DNA from: Squalus acanthias
Lineage: Eukaryota
Assembly: GCA_030390025.1 (NCBI GenBank)
Contig: JASTWF010000036.1
Span: 806,001 to 870,000, forward strand
Reading direction: 5' to 3'
Length of the DNA stretch: 64,000 bases
Below, one piece after another: positions 47,124 to 59,154 of the stretch (position 1 is the stretch's first letter; each line of letters begins with the position of its first letter). Under the pieces are notes generated by a model that did no database searches, was not told the DNA's origin, and was given only the letters and a program-made list of their open reading frames with translations. The position numbers and the translations under genes are program-made.

Positions 47124-48670
47124 CCTCTTTTGATTGGGTGGTTAACAAATCAACTGTAACTTAAGAAAGCATCAAACAAAACTTAACAAGTCAAATCAAG
47201 ATATTGTTGGCCGGGGTGATGATGCACTCCAGTCCCCGCGGCGCCCACCGGTCGTGGAAGGCCTCAAGTCTGCCGGTGGACACCGCGTGCTCCATCTCCA
47301 GGGCCACCCAGGCGCGAACATAGCCGCGGAAGAGAGGCAGGCAATCGGGCCGCATGACCCCCTCGACTGCCCGCTGCCTGGACCTGTTAATGGCTACTTT
47401 CGCCAGGCCCAGGAGTAGTCCTATGAGGAGGTCCTCCGACCTGCCCGCTCCCCTCCGCACCGGGTGACCAAAGATCAGGAGCGTGGGACTGAAGTGCAGC
47501 CAAAAATCGAGGAGCAGCCCCTTCAAATAGTGAAAGAGGGGCTGCAACCCCTCACATTCCGCGTAAATATGGAACACGGACTCCTCTAGGCCGCAGAAAA
47601 GGCAGGCGGCCTGGGAGTCCGTGAACCTGCTTAAAATCTTATTGCACGGGACTGCTCCGTGCAACACCCTCCAGGCCAAGTCCCCAATAGAAAAAGGGAA
47701 GACTCCCGCGTAGAGAGCCCTCCATTGGGGACCTCCGCTGGACGGCAAGATGGTACGCCAAGGCGTGTCCAGACGGCAGACGAAGATGGCAAAGTGGAGA
47801 GTGTGCAGGAGCAGCCCGTACAGGAAACCCCTCCGCACAGAGCTAAAAGGCACGGAGCGCATTTCCCCGAGACGGCTCAAGTTGTGAGGCGCCGGTTCCC
47901 GAGGGGGGTTTCGGGGCCGTGCGCCGATGAGGAATTCCGTCCGAACGGGGGTCAGTTCGGACAGGATCGCCCCACGTGCTTGAGCCTCCTCGATACACCT
48001 AGTGGAGTGGGGGCCCAGTGCTACTTTCAGCGACTCGATGGCTTTGGCCGTGAGCCGGACGGTGGCCCAGGACAGGTGCTGCGCCAGCTCCTCCGGCGCC
48101 ATCCAGCCCGCTCCTCCGCCATCGAGCAGGGCCCCGACTCTAGTCACCTTGCCAGGCACAGCCCTGCCCTCTGCCAGCCACCCGAACCTGCGGTCGTGGA
48201 GGTGCGGATTCCTGAACAACGGCTCCCGAGGGACAGCCGCCATTCCTGACGGGGGAGAACACCGCCTGGAGGCGACGTTGTTCCAGACCCATAGCAGTTC
48301 CTGGTAGAAGACAGGCAGCTCCTGTAGGTAGGCACGTGTACGGCCCAGTTGCACAAACAGGAGCTGCGTGTCGTAGTTGAGGCCGTGCAGCTGGCAGAAG
48401 AAATACGTCGCCAGCGCACACCATCGAGGAGGATTCTCCACGTACAGGTATCTCTGCAGGGTCCGAAGACGGAAAGTCGCTGCCTGGGTGCAAAGGCACA
48501 CCAGCGCCTGACCACCCTCCCTAAGCGGGAGACTCAGAACCGCGGCAGAGACCCAGTGCTTCCCTTTGTCCCAGAAGAAGTCGATGAGCTGCTTCTGCAG
48601 CTTGGCGACAAACGCAGGGGGAGGGATCAAAGTGACCAACCGGTACCACAACATGGCGGCCACCAGCTGG
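47124..48670 (-). mobile_element. Tx1-clade non-LTR retrotransposon, 5'-truncated, with an uninterrupted 490-aa ORF2 C-terminal part
   Basis: ORF 47191-48663: LWYRL...FFWDKGKHWVSAAVLSLPLREGGQAL...WRVLHGAV...CLFCGLEESVFHIYAEC. The 3' UTR ends ...cccaatcaaaagag, like the copy at 1732. Confidence 0.9.
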
Positions 48671-49308
48671 TCTTCATTGCAAGAGGATTTGAGTACAGGA
48701 GCAAGGATGTCTTACTACAGTTATACAGGGCCTTGGTGAGACCACACCTGGAGTACTGTGTGCAATTTTGGTCTCCTTACCTAAGAAAGGATATACTTGC
48801 CATAGAGGGAGTGCAGCGCAGGTTCACCAGTCTGATTCCTGGGATGGCAGGACTGTCGTATGAGGAGAGATTGGATCGACTAGGCCTGTATTCACTAGCG
48901 TTTAGAAGAATGAGAGGGGATCTCATTGAAACGTATAAAATTCTGACAGGGCTTAGACAGACTGGATGCAGGGAGGATGTTTCCCCTGGCGGGGGGGTCT
49001 AGAACAAGGGGTCACAGTCTCAGGATACGGGGTAGGACATTTAGGACTGAGATGAGGAGAAATTTCTTCACTCAGAGGGTGGTGAACCTGTGGAATTCTC
49101 TGGCCCAGAAGGCTGTGGAGGCCAAGTCACTGAATATATTTAAGAAGGAGATAGATAGATTTCGACACACAAAAGGCATCAAGGGGTATGGGGAGAGAGG
49201 GGGAATATGGTATTGAGATAGAGGATCAGTCATGATCATATTGAATGGCGGAGCAGGCTCGAAGGGCCGAATGGCCTACTCCTGCTCCTATTTTTCTATG
49301 TTTCTATG
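48671..49308 (+). mobile_element. CR1 LINE 3' fragment, head-to-head with Tx1
   Basis: FIARGFEYRSKDVLLQLYRALVRPHLEYCVQFWSP...; tail ttctatgtttctatg. Confidence 0.9.
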
Positions 49309-49823
49309 CACGCACTAACTGAAGCAGGGTGACAGCTTTCCGAGGGACAGAGGTGATCATCCTGTACCTCTGTGTTGGAACCTCACCTGGCCCGATGGAG
49401 CTGTAGATCAATATGAAGTACCTGAGATGCTGGTGCACTCGCTTGGCTGGGCAAAGCTACAGTCCCAGCATTGAGACATAGATGAGGCAAATCTACGGGG
49501 AGTCCACACACTGTAAATCACCGAGTCGGCCACTACTACGGACCAAGAGCTGGAAAGTGGGATTAGGCTGGATAGCTCTTTTTCGGCCGGCACGGACACG
49601 ATGGGCCGAATGGCCTCCTTCTGTGCTGTATATTTCTATGATTCTATTCTACAAGCCATTATTGCCGTCTTCTATAATATATTGTACAAAGACTCTGACT
49701 CAAACACCTGCACTTTCAACAAGCAATGTCATATAATGTAAATCGCTCATCACGCCCCAACTATGCACTCACCATATATTCACGCATTTTTGCCAAGCCT
49801 TTAACTGGACCGCAATCAGAAGT

Positions 49824-50578
49824 CTTCTTCTTCTTAGGCAGTCCCTCGGAACCGAGGATGACTTGCTTCCACACTAAAAATGAGTTCTCAGGTGACTGAT
49901 GAGTCCAATGCGGGACCTACAGTCTCTGTCACAGGTGGGGCAGACGGTGGTTGAAGGGGCGGGTGGGTGGGGTGCTTGGGTTGACGTGCGCTCCTTCTGC
50001 TGTTTGCGCTTGGCTTCCGCTTGCTCCCGGCGAAGAGACTCGAGGTGTTCGGCGCCTTCCCGGATGCTTCTCCTCCACTTTGTGCGGTCTTGGGCCAGGG
50101 ATTCCCAGGTGTCAGTGGGGATGTTGCACTTTTTCAAGGAAGCTTTGAGGGTGTCCTTGAAGCGTTTCCTCTGCCCACCTGGGGCTCTCTTGCCGTGTCG
50201 GAGCTCCGAGTAGAGCGCTTGTTTTGGGAGTCTCGTATCGGGCATGCGGACGATGTGGCCCGTCCATCGGAGCTGATCGAGCGTGGTCAAAGCTTCGATG
50301 CTGGGGATGTTGGCCTGAGCGAGAACACTGACGTTGGTGCGCCTATCCTGCCAATGGATTTGCAGGATCTTGCGGAGGCAACGTTGGTGGTACCTCTCCA
50401 GTGCTTTGAGGTGCCTGCTGGACATGGTCCATGTCTCTGAAGAATACAGGAGGGCGGGTATCACTACTGCTCTGTAGACCATGAGCTTGGTGCTGGGTTT
50501 GAGGTCCTGGTCTTCAAACACTCTCTTCCTCAGGTGACCGAAGGCTGCACTGGCACACTGAAGGTGGTGTTGCCCTTG
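49824..50578 (-). mobile_element. RTE-clade LINE 3' fragment, 8-bp TSD tcagaagt
   Basis: ORF 49874-50521: TKLMVYRAVVIPALLYSSETW...RWTGHIVRM..RLPKQ...CPTCDRDC...H. TSD at 49816-49823 and 50579-50586. Confidence 0.92.
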
Positions 50579-50887
50579 TCAGAAGTGAACCAGCCTGCTC
50601 CACGTGACAAATATGGGGGACACTTGCAATAAGAAAGGCGGAATCTGCGAATCAAGTACCCACGGGGCTCCAATGAATGACGCTTCAGTGTGTGAACACT
50701 TGTTACATACAATGGATCCTAAGGAGTTATGATGACCCTCTCTTCATCTGGGCAGCAAACTACATTTGGCACATGGAGCAGTGTGGGCTCCTTCTATCCA
50801 TTGTAAAGAATAGCATTTGCCAGCTGAAGCCCAGGATTTAGTGCATCACACACTGGTATTGTTGTTTCTAGTTTGGCATTCATGGAT

Positions 50888-51106
50888 TACAACAACAACA
50901 ACAACAACAACTTGCATTTATATAGCGCCTTTAACGTAGTAAAACGTCCCAAGGCGCTTCACAGGAGCGATTATCAAACAAAATTTGACACCTAGCCACA
51001 AGGAGACATTAGGGCAGGTGACCAAAAGCTTGGTCAAAGAGGGAGGTTTTAAGGAGCGTCTTAAAGGAGGAGAGAGAGAGAGGCGGAGAGGTTTAGGGAG
51101 GGAATT
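50888..51106 (-). mobile_element. L2 LINE 3' end
   Basis: (caa)n followed by cttgcatttatatagcgcctttaacgtagtaaaacgtcccaagg; matches 40680-40900. Confidence 0.85.
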
Positions 51107-51489
51107 AGAAAAGGAAAATACTGCAATAGAAACACCTTCAGTAGTGCGAAACATCTCTTAATAGATCTCAATTTAATGAATCCCATTTTCGCCCTGTCTC
51201 TACATGGTTTAGCAGTTTGTTTTAGATAAAAGGGCAGAGGATTCTCAGGAGTCGACAGCGTAACTGCTGTACGGGTAGGATTTCCTACATCTTAATGACT
51301 GAAGGTTTGGTTAAGACCAGCACACACTCCTAGTCCAGGCTCAAGCCAACAACAATTCACTAATGGCAACTTTACAGAAATGTAAATCCTTCAGCTTTCG
51401 GAGTTCCTGTTTCTCTATCGAATAACTCCTGATTGACACTCATGGGTTGAAGTCATTTTAATCTTGAATTCAGAACAGGCTTTCTGAGC

Positions 51490-52737
51490 CATTGTCTTCT
51501 CACAGCATCCTGCTGTGCCTCTCACCACATCCCCATCACTCTGCCTTCCCTACCCTACTCCTGCACATCCTTACTCACACCAACTTACCTTGCACCTCCA
51601 CCCATCCCTCTCTATCTACATTATCACATCCCCATCTCACTAGCCACCCTTCACACTCACCCTCATCCTAGTGCAATCATACCTCTCTCAACTAACAACA
51701 CACAAGGGTAGGCACTTGGGTGTTTTATGCAATGTTCATGTGAAGTTTCTGATAATGTGGTGTCAAACATTGAAACATTTATTTTCAATACTTTGCGTTC
51801 TTGGACAGATTTGTGTGCACCTTTGGAAGTGGCTTAGTGAGTTGCAGTGAATGGTAAGACATAAGGGTACCCCCCGCATTGGTGAAGAGTGTGAAAGGAA
51901 TGGCTTGGGCATTGTAGGGATGCTTTATGTTGTTGGTGTGGGGTGGTGCTAACCTGGCGCATCATGTGGCAGCCAGGGTGTACAGCGTCAAGTGAAGTAA
52001 ATGTGGCCATGGTGAGGCCATCCCTGACGTCCCGGGCAGCAATGTGGTCGGGTGCTAATGCCCTCTGTCCTGTGCAGCATCAGGTGATTGTGGAGAAGAT
52101 TGGTGTTGTTGTTGGTGCTGCTGGTGTGCCTGGTGCTGCTGGTGTTGTGGCTGATCGTGGTCAGATTCTGAGGACCAAGGTGAGATAGTTTCAAGGGCAC
52201 TCATGCTGATGGAATAGATGGCAGGTGAAGTAGAGATGACAGAAGCGATCTGTCAATGGTGGGAGAGGTAATGAGGTCAGACTGGATGGAGACTTGTGTA
52301 AAGACTTGCAGCATCCCAAATTTATAGTGGAAATGCAGTTTAGAGAAGTTTGTGGTTAAGGGAACATTTGTCAATCAGCTGGGAGCTTTGACTTGACATT
52401 TGAAGCTGTCAACTCATCAGCTGATTCAATGGCCACTGACCTCTCGCCTCAGCTTCACAGACGAGGTCTCGGCACAGCGGGAAACCGGTGGGCGACCTGT
52501 CAAATCCAAAAAGCTGGAAAAAAAACATTGATAAGTGGCTGTAAACAAGCCACTAATGATTTTAATTGCCTCCCCCGCCGCTGTCTGTCAGGTCTGCTCA
52601 GCGCTGACATACCCAACATTTGGTAAAGGCGCGTGCCGGCGGGTTCACAGCGGGGTCCCGACCCGCTGGGGGGAAAAAACACTTTCCCACCCGACCCGCC
52701 ACCGATCGCGCCCGCTGGCCCCCGCAAAATCCAGCCC
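51490..52737 (-). mobile_element. Remnant of a PIF/Harbinger-like DNA transposon (one terminus plus internally deleted body)
   Basis: Terminus gggctggatttt (minus strand, from 52737) is shared with the element at 24146-24858. A minus-strand stretch reads HIAARDVRDGLTMATF, reminiscent of Harbinger transposase C-termini. The left boundary is uncertain. Confidence 0.45.
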
Positions 52738-53542
52738 ATTGTCTCGACATGTAGCAAACCCAGTGTGACTAAACCCATTACCCTTAAACGATAATCTCCT
52801 TTCCCATTTCCACAAATGTAGGTGTCCCCGTGGCTAGTCTATGTTTGCCGTGTAAAATAAAATGACAGCTCCGTACAAACAATACAACCGATGCACTTTT
52901 GCAGATACATCAACAGCCCATGTGCATTCCCCTTTCTGGTGGAGGCTAGCATGACGTACAATGAAATATCTAGCTTGAGTGCTCTTGCCAAACAACGTTC
53001 ATCAGTTAATAGCGGAGTATGTTTCTATCAAAAGCTCTCTGATGTAAACACGGAGCGAACCCACAGAGTTAATTGCAGAGAAATGCTTACAGAATATTAT
53101 TTTCTTAAGTGTTTATTTTAGAAACATGCTCTGAAAATCCATGTGCATTATAAACAACTAAATAAAGGAGGACAAACATTCACATATTACAATTGAGGGG
53201 TTAAGTGCAGTAGTGCCGTACAATATAGCAACCCCAGAGGGAGAATATAACCCTTTATAACAGTAGTTAACATATTAAAACATTGTATATAGTAAGTGAG
53301 TATGAAGCAGTGTAATATATTGTTGTACCAGTCAATTGTTCAGAGGCAATTTTAAACAACAATTCAGTATTTCCGCATGCAAATTAAACCCTGTTAAGAT
53401 AACTGTAAAGGGAAAGATAGCTGTTTGGTGAAAGCCGAGGGCCTTTAAAGTACTATTTGAAGCCTCTTTGGAAAATCAAGGGCTGCTGCAAAGGTAGATT
53501 ATGGTGCTGTGTACCGTGAGGTCAGGATGATCAGAGAGATGG

Positions 53543-53900
53543 GAACATAGGAACAGGAGGAGGCCATTCAGCCCCTCGAACCATTCAATGAGATCATGGC
53601 TGATCTACACCTCGACTCCATTTTTCCACCTTTGCTCCGTATCCCTTGATACCCTTACCCAACAAAAATCTATCTATCTCAGTCTTGAAAGCTCCAATTG
53701 TCCCAGCATCCACAGCCTTTTGGGGGAAAAGAGTTCCAAATTTCCACCACCCTTTGTCTGGAAAAGTGCTTCCTGATTTCCCTCCTGAATGGCCTAGCTC
53801 TAATTTTAAGATTATGTCCCCTCGTTCTTGATTCCCCCACCAGAGGAAATAGTTTCTCCGTATCTACCCTATCCAATCCTTTTTAACATTTTAAACACCT
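53543..53900 (-). mobile_element. CR1 LINE 3' fragment
   Basis: DRVDTEKLFPLVGESRTRGHNLKIR...RVVEIWNS. Confidence 0.85.
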
Positions 53901-54424
53901 CAGTGTAGTGGGATCAGCGGGTTGCATTTATCTACAAGGATGCACAATTGATCCTAAATCTTTTTTTCCGTTGGCTAAACTTTGTCATGGATAATGGTCA
54001 CCAAGGTTCCTCTGGGTTAGTGCCAATGACCAACAAGCCTGGGGCTCTCCAGTAATCCTGTAGGGTTATCCTCGGGATCTGAGGAAAGTTGGTGGAGCGT
54101 GCTGCCTTACTGAATCAGCTTGATGGGGAAGATCTGGACTCCGCACTGCTCCGCCTAGCTAACGGCACGTTGGATGGTGGGGACAGTAGTCATGCAGAAA
54201 TCCTAAAACCTGCTCTCAGCAGGAAGCGTGAAGGGTGGACTTGGAGAAGGGGGCCAGGAACCACCGGCTGGTCTTGGAGCTGCCCTTCTGAGGCTGGCGA
54301 ATCAGATTCTGTGGACCTGTCACTGGGAGCAGGAATTCTTCTCACTTGGCTCCGGAAAACCCGGCAAACCAATGCCCCACTGGTTAGGGTGGTCCTAGCT
54401 GGACAAGCAGCGGGCAGCATAGGG

Positions 54425-56304
54425 ACATTAGGAACAGGAGGAGGCCATTCGGCCCCTCGAGCCTGTTACATTAGGAACAGGGGGAGGCCATTCGGCCCCT
54501 CGAGCCTGTTACATTAGGAACAGGAGGAGGCCGTTCAGCCCCCTCGAGCCTGTTACATTAGGAACAGGAGGAGGTCATTCAGCATCTCGAGCCTGTTACA
54601 TTAGGAACAGGAGGAGGCCATTCAGCCCACCTCGATCCTGTTACATTAGGAACAAGAGGAGGCCATTCAGCCCCCCTCGAGCCTGTTACATTAGGAATAG
54701 GAGGAGGCCATTCAGCCCCCTCGAGCCTGTTACATTCGGAACAGGAGGAGGCCATTCAGCCCCTCGAGCCTATTACATTCGGAACAGGAGGAGGCCGTTC
54801 AGCCCCCTCGAGCCAGTTACATTAGGAACAGGAGGAGGCCATTCAGCCCCCTCGAGCCTGTTACATTAGGAACAGGAGGAGGTCATTCAGCCCCCCTCGA
54901 GCCTGTTACATTAGGAACAGGAGGAGACCATTCAGCCCCTCGAGCCTGTTACATTAGGAACAGGAGGAGGCCATTCAGCCCCCCTCGAGCCTGTTACATG
55001 AGGAACAGGAGGAGGCCATTCAGCCCCTCGAGCCTGTTACATTAGGAACAGGAGGAGGCCATTCAGCCCCCCTCGAGCCTGTTACATTAGGAACAGGAGG
55101 AGGCCATTCAGCCCCTCGAGCCTGTTACATTAGGAACAGGAGGAGGCCATTCAGCCCCTCGAGCCTGTTACATTTGGAACAGGAGGAGGCCATTCAGCCC
55201 CCCTCGAGCCTGTTACATTAGGAACAGGAGGAGCCCATTCAGCCCCTCGAGCCTGTTACATTAGGAACAGGAGGAGGCCATTCAGCCCCTCGAGCCTGTT
55301 ACATTCGGAACAGGAGGAGGCCGTTCAGCCCCCCTCGAGCCTGTTACATTAGGAACAGGAGGAGGCCATTCAGCCCCTCGAGCCTGTTACATTAGGAACA
55401 GGAGGAGGCCATTCAGCCCCCTCAAGCCTGTTACATTAGGAACAGGAGGAGGCCCATTCAGCCCCTCGAGCCTGTTACATTAGGAACAGGAGGAGGCCAT
55501 TCAGCTCCTCGAGCCTGTTACATTAGGAACAGGAGGAGGCCATTCAGCCCCCTCGAGCCTGTTACATTAGGAACAGGAGGAGGCCATTCAGCCCCTCGAG
55601 CCTGTTACATTTGGAACAGGAGGAGGCCATTCAGCCCCCCTCGAGCCTGTTACATTAGGAACAGGAGGAGCCCATTCAGCCCCTCGAGCCTGTTACATTA
55701 GGAACAGGAGGAGGCCATTCAGCCCCTCGAGCCTGTTACATTCGGAACAGGAGGAGGCCGTTCAGCCCCCCTCGAGCCTGTTACATTAGGAACAGGAGGA
55801 GGCCATTCAGCCCCTCGAGCCTGTTACATTAGGAACAGGAGGAGGCCATTCAGCCCCCTCAAGCCTGTTACATTAGGAACAGGAGGAGGCCCATTCAGCC
55901 CCTCGAGCCTGTTACATTAGGAACAGGAGGAGGCCATTCAGCTCCTCGAGCCTGTTACATTAGGAACAGGAGGAGGCCATTCAGCCCCCTCGAGCCTGTT
56001 ACATTAGGAACAGGAGGAGGCCATTCAGCTCCTCGAGCCTGTTACATTAGGAACAAGAGGAGGCCATTCAGCCCCCTCGAGCCTGTTACATTAGGAACAG
56101 GAGGAGGTCATTCAGCCCCCTCGAGCCTGTTACATTAGGAACAGGAGGAGGCCATTCAGCCCCCTCGAGCCTGTTACATTAGGAACAGGAGGAGGCCATT
56201 CAGCCCCTTGAGCCTGTTACATTAGGAATAGGAGGAGGTCATTCAGCCCCTTGAGCCTGTTACATTAGGAACAGGAGGAGGTCATTCAGCCCCTCGAGCC
56301 TGTT
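54425..56304 (-). repeat. 43-45-bp tandem array of the CR1 3'-terminal motif, about 43 copies
   Basis: Unit acattaggaacaggaggaggccattcagcccctcgagcctgtt; the last unit continues directly into the CR1 body at 56305. Confidence 0.95.
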
Positions 56305-57020
56305 CCACCATTCGATGAGATCATGGGCTGATCTGTGACCTAACTCCATCTACCCGCCTTTGCCCCGTATCCCTTAATACCCTTTGGTTAACAAAAATCT
56401 ATCAATCTCAGATTTAAAATTAACAATTGACCCCCAGCATCAATTGCCGTTTGTGGAAGAGAGTTCCAAACTCCTACCAACCCTTTGTGTGTAGAAGTGT
56501 TTCCTAACGTCACTCCTGAAAGGTCTGGCTCTAATTTTTAGACTATGCCCCCTAGTCCCAGACTCCCCAACCAGCGGAAATAGTTTCTCTCTCTACCCTG
56601 TCAGTTCCCCTTAATATCTTGAAAACTTCGATCAGGTCACCCCTTAACCTTCTAAATTCCAGGGAATACAACCCTAGTTTGTGTAATCTCTCCTCGTAAC
56701 TTAACCCCTGGAGTTCGGGTATAATTCTGGTAAACCTACGCTGCACTCCCTCCAAGGCCAATACATCCTTCCTAAGGTGTGGTGCCCAGAACTGCTCTCA
56801 GTGCTCCAGCTGTGGTCTAACCAGGGCTTTGTATAGCTGCAGCATAACTTCTACCCCCTTGTATTCTAGTCCTCCAGATATAAAGGCCAGCATTCCATTA
56901 GCCTTTTTGATTATTTTCTGTACCTGTTCATGACATTTTAATGATCTATGTACCTGGACCCCCAAGTTTCTTTGGACATCCATTGTTTTTAAGCCTTTCA
57001 CCATTTAGAAAGTACCCTGT
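56305..57020 (-). mobile_element. CR1 LINE 3' fragment
   Basis: ORFs 56552-56761 and 56798-57004: ALEGVQRRFTRIIPEL...; KKANGMLAFI...LVRPQLE. Confidence 0.9.
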
Positions 57021-59154
57021 TTTTCACCATTTAGAAAGCAGCTCTGTTAAGCTACCCAGTTTTAGCTGGTGAAACTCCAGCAGTACCCCTTGTGCACACT
57101 TGGGGTCCGTAAGTGCCAACCTGCACCAATGCACGAAAGGAGGGGGTTAAGTGGGAGAGTCAACATTCCACATTGGGCAAACAGACTTCCTACAGGTGGA
57201 TGTAGATTTCTGCACAGCTCAATTTGGAGACCCTTAAATATGGCGATGGGTTTCTGTGCGTGTCAGGCACGCAGCTGATGAGGTGGTAACAAAGCTGACT
57301 CTTGTGGGGGTTTCATTTCCTCTGGTTGGTTAAGGTTGGCATTGGTTAAGGTCTTCGCATTAGTTACCTGTGCTATTTTGACCCACTTATTTTAAACAGG
57401 ACTGTCGTAAAATAGCGCACAAAAAGAATTTTACACACACACATTAACCAGTGCAGTACGAAAGGAAAAGAAACCCCTTGGAGTTTTTTTCTATGTAATG
57501 CCAGCTCGTGTGGGTAATTGACCTGGTTATGGTAGTGCTCTCGCCCCAAGACAGGGGGTTTCCTTGCTAAGACACTCCTGTGCTGCTGGGTGATGGCATT
57601 ACAATCTTCACCGAGCATCACGGTCTTCGAAAACCCTTTCCCTGTCATGGTGTAGACAGTCCCAGCGCTGTCCTCGTCGCTGACCCCTTGTGGATCCGCA
57701 GCAAATAGGTTCCATTTAATGTCCAATTTTCAGACAAAACGTATGGCGCGCATTACACCAGTTAACTCAATCTCTGGCTTTGTAAAGCAATCAAGATTTG
57801 CAGTCGTGGTTTAGGAAGTCACCTGAACTTATTGATCATGTGATCGCCCTGAAACACAGTCCAAGCTGATTATTCTCTACATAATTAGCATTAAGTGCGA
57901 TTAGGGTGGATCAGGGGACAGGGTCAGCTCAACACAGGACACAGCTGGTCCACCTGTTGTGACCACTCATACAAACAGTGATGTTACTATTGATCTATGC
58001 CTGCTCATCTTTTTCTTACCGTGCACTAATGTCGACTCTTTCGTTCCATACAATCACTGACATTCAATAACCTATCTCCTAAGTATAGAACTGTGGATGG
58101 CTGGGAGTGCCTAATACAGCCATAATTTAATCGAAGGGTTCAGATGATATCATAATTCATAAGAGCAAAACTTGAGTGGTTTATAGATGTCAGCTGAGCA
58201 GTTTTACAGCCTTTTAGTCATTCTGCCATCTATAACTTTTATAGCATATTCTATTGTACTAAAATGAAAACAGTGCTAATGATAGTGAGAGTAGTGCTGG
58301 AATCACATTCAATAAAGACTATTGGAATGCTATCCCTGTAGAATCATATCATCAGTGGATTCACAGAAGGGTATAGGAAGAGAATTCGTTTCCTTTTATA
58401 AACCAGAATTATAAAGTAATTAAGAGCTGGATTCTCCCAATAGCTCAGTGGGTGAGTGCATGGTTCATTGTGGCCATTCAGACCAGGATCGCCCATCCAC
58501 CTCCTTCAACATTCACTCCCTCCACCACTGGCGCACCGTGGCTGCAGTGTGCACCATCTTGGGACGTTTTACTATGTTAAAGGCGCTATATAAATACAAG
58601 TTGTTGTTGTTGTTAAAAGGGGTGACCTGATTGGGGTCTTGAGGATTACGAAGGTTACAATAGGGTTAATAGTGACAGATTGTTTCCACTGGTTGGCAAG
58701 ATGGTAACCAGAAGGTAAACATTTTAGAATTAACGGGGAGGTGATAAAACAATTCTTTAAATAGCAGGTGCCCCAATAACCACTCAATAAGATCTCTCAG
58801 TCACACTACAGAATGTGTACATGTCGCATTGTGCTAAAGGAGGGAGGAAGCCAGTGTGTCACCTTGCATCAATAGTATGGATTGTAAGAGGCTTAGAACT
58901 TCTCAGTGAGCTGTCTTGACAGCTATCAAGTACGTGTTCTTTTGCCTTTACAGGGCCGTGCAGCAGCCTTGTTTTTGCAAGCGTCATTCACTTTTTTCGT
59001 GAGCACATCAAGGCAAAGTGCCGCAGAAGGGAACATTTTCCATTTCAGGAACCTAGTGTCAGCATCAAGCATTTTCAGCTTGGGTAGATGCAGAGTAAAG
59101 CTTCCTCAGCTCCGCCCCAACAATGTACCTCAGCCTCAGCTCCCGTGAACAATA

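Noticed and set aside
48349..49002. 217-aa ORF suggesting a Tx1-CR1 fusion protein
   Set aside because: Antisense Tx1 sequence read by chance in frame into a truncated CR1; the two elements are on opposite strands.
54425..56304. Possible CRISPR array
   Set aside because: Units are head-to-tail with no spacers and match the CR1 3' terminus.
57373..57726. 117-aa ORF in unique sequence
   Set aside because: Non-ATG start, no recognisable domain and no convincing splice sites.
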